This document shows positions 25,449-25,477 of a stretch of DNA of 25,477 bases, piece after piece (within the stretch, counting starts at the first letter, position 1; each line of letters starts with the position of its first letter). The translations under genes were made by a program, and so were the position numbers. This DNA is from a bacterium (GTDB lineage Bacteria > Bacillota > Clostridia > Christensenellales > Pumilibacteraceae). The stretch is from contig CAVEYH010000001.1 of the NCBI GenBank assembly GCA_963620055.1, forward strand, positions 1 through 25,477, given 5' to 3'. Under the pieces are notes generated by a model that did not search any database, was not told the origin of the DNA, and saw nothing but the letters and a program-made list of their open reading frames with translations.

Positions 25449-25477
25449 ACTACCCCTACTTGTTTCGCCTAAAGCCC

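Overview
Ordinary chromosomal housekeeping and metabolic DNA from a bacterium that looks like a Bacillota (Clostridia-like) anaerobe. That placement is inferred from gene content, near-consensus sigmaA promoters and GGAG-type RBSs. Of about 22 CDSs, 20 are on the minus strand. In transcription order (right to left): transglutaminase-like protein; a plus-strand orphan; a divergent AraC regulator with rhaB-rhaA-rhaD-fucO (L-rhamnose to 1,2-propanediol); yitT-family and LOG-family genes; a stand-alone rplI; ECF S-component, patatin and a doubly anchored ComEC-type metallo-beta-lactamase-fold protein; csoR-copA; serS followed by a membrane-anchored low-complexity repeat protein and a small 3-TM protein; TetR, a heterodimeric ABC exporter and a GH51 arabinofuranosidase. 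I found no mobile element, CRISPR array, tRNA or rRNA. The most interesting signals are: (1) an in-frame RBS+ATG inside copA, just after an A8 run with an immediate -1-frame stop, that could yield a free CopZ-like chaperone; (2) a membrane-tethered prion-like Q/N- and GF-repeat protein; (3) an apparently leaderless araC mRNA with three 22-bp-phased repeats; (4) a rod-like structured element at 12505-12610; (5) two unusual operons (ECF-S/patatin/MBL and TetR/ABC exporter/GH51). All calls come from reading the sequence by eye; no database search or folding program was run.
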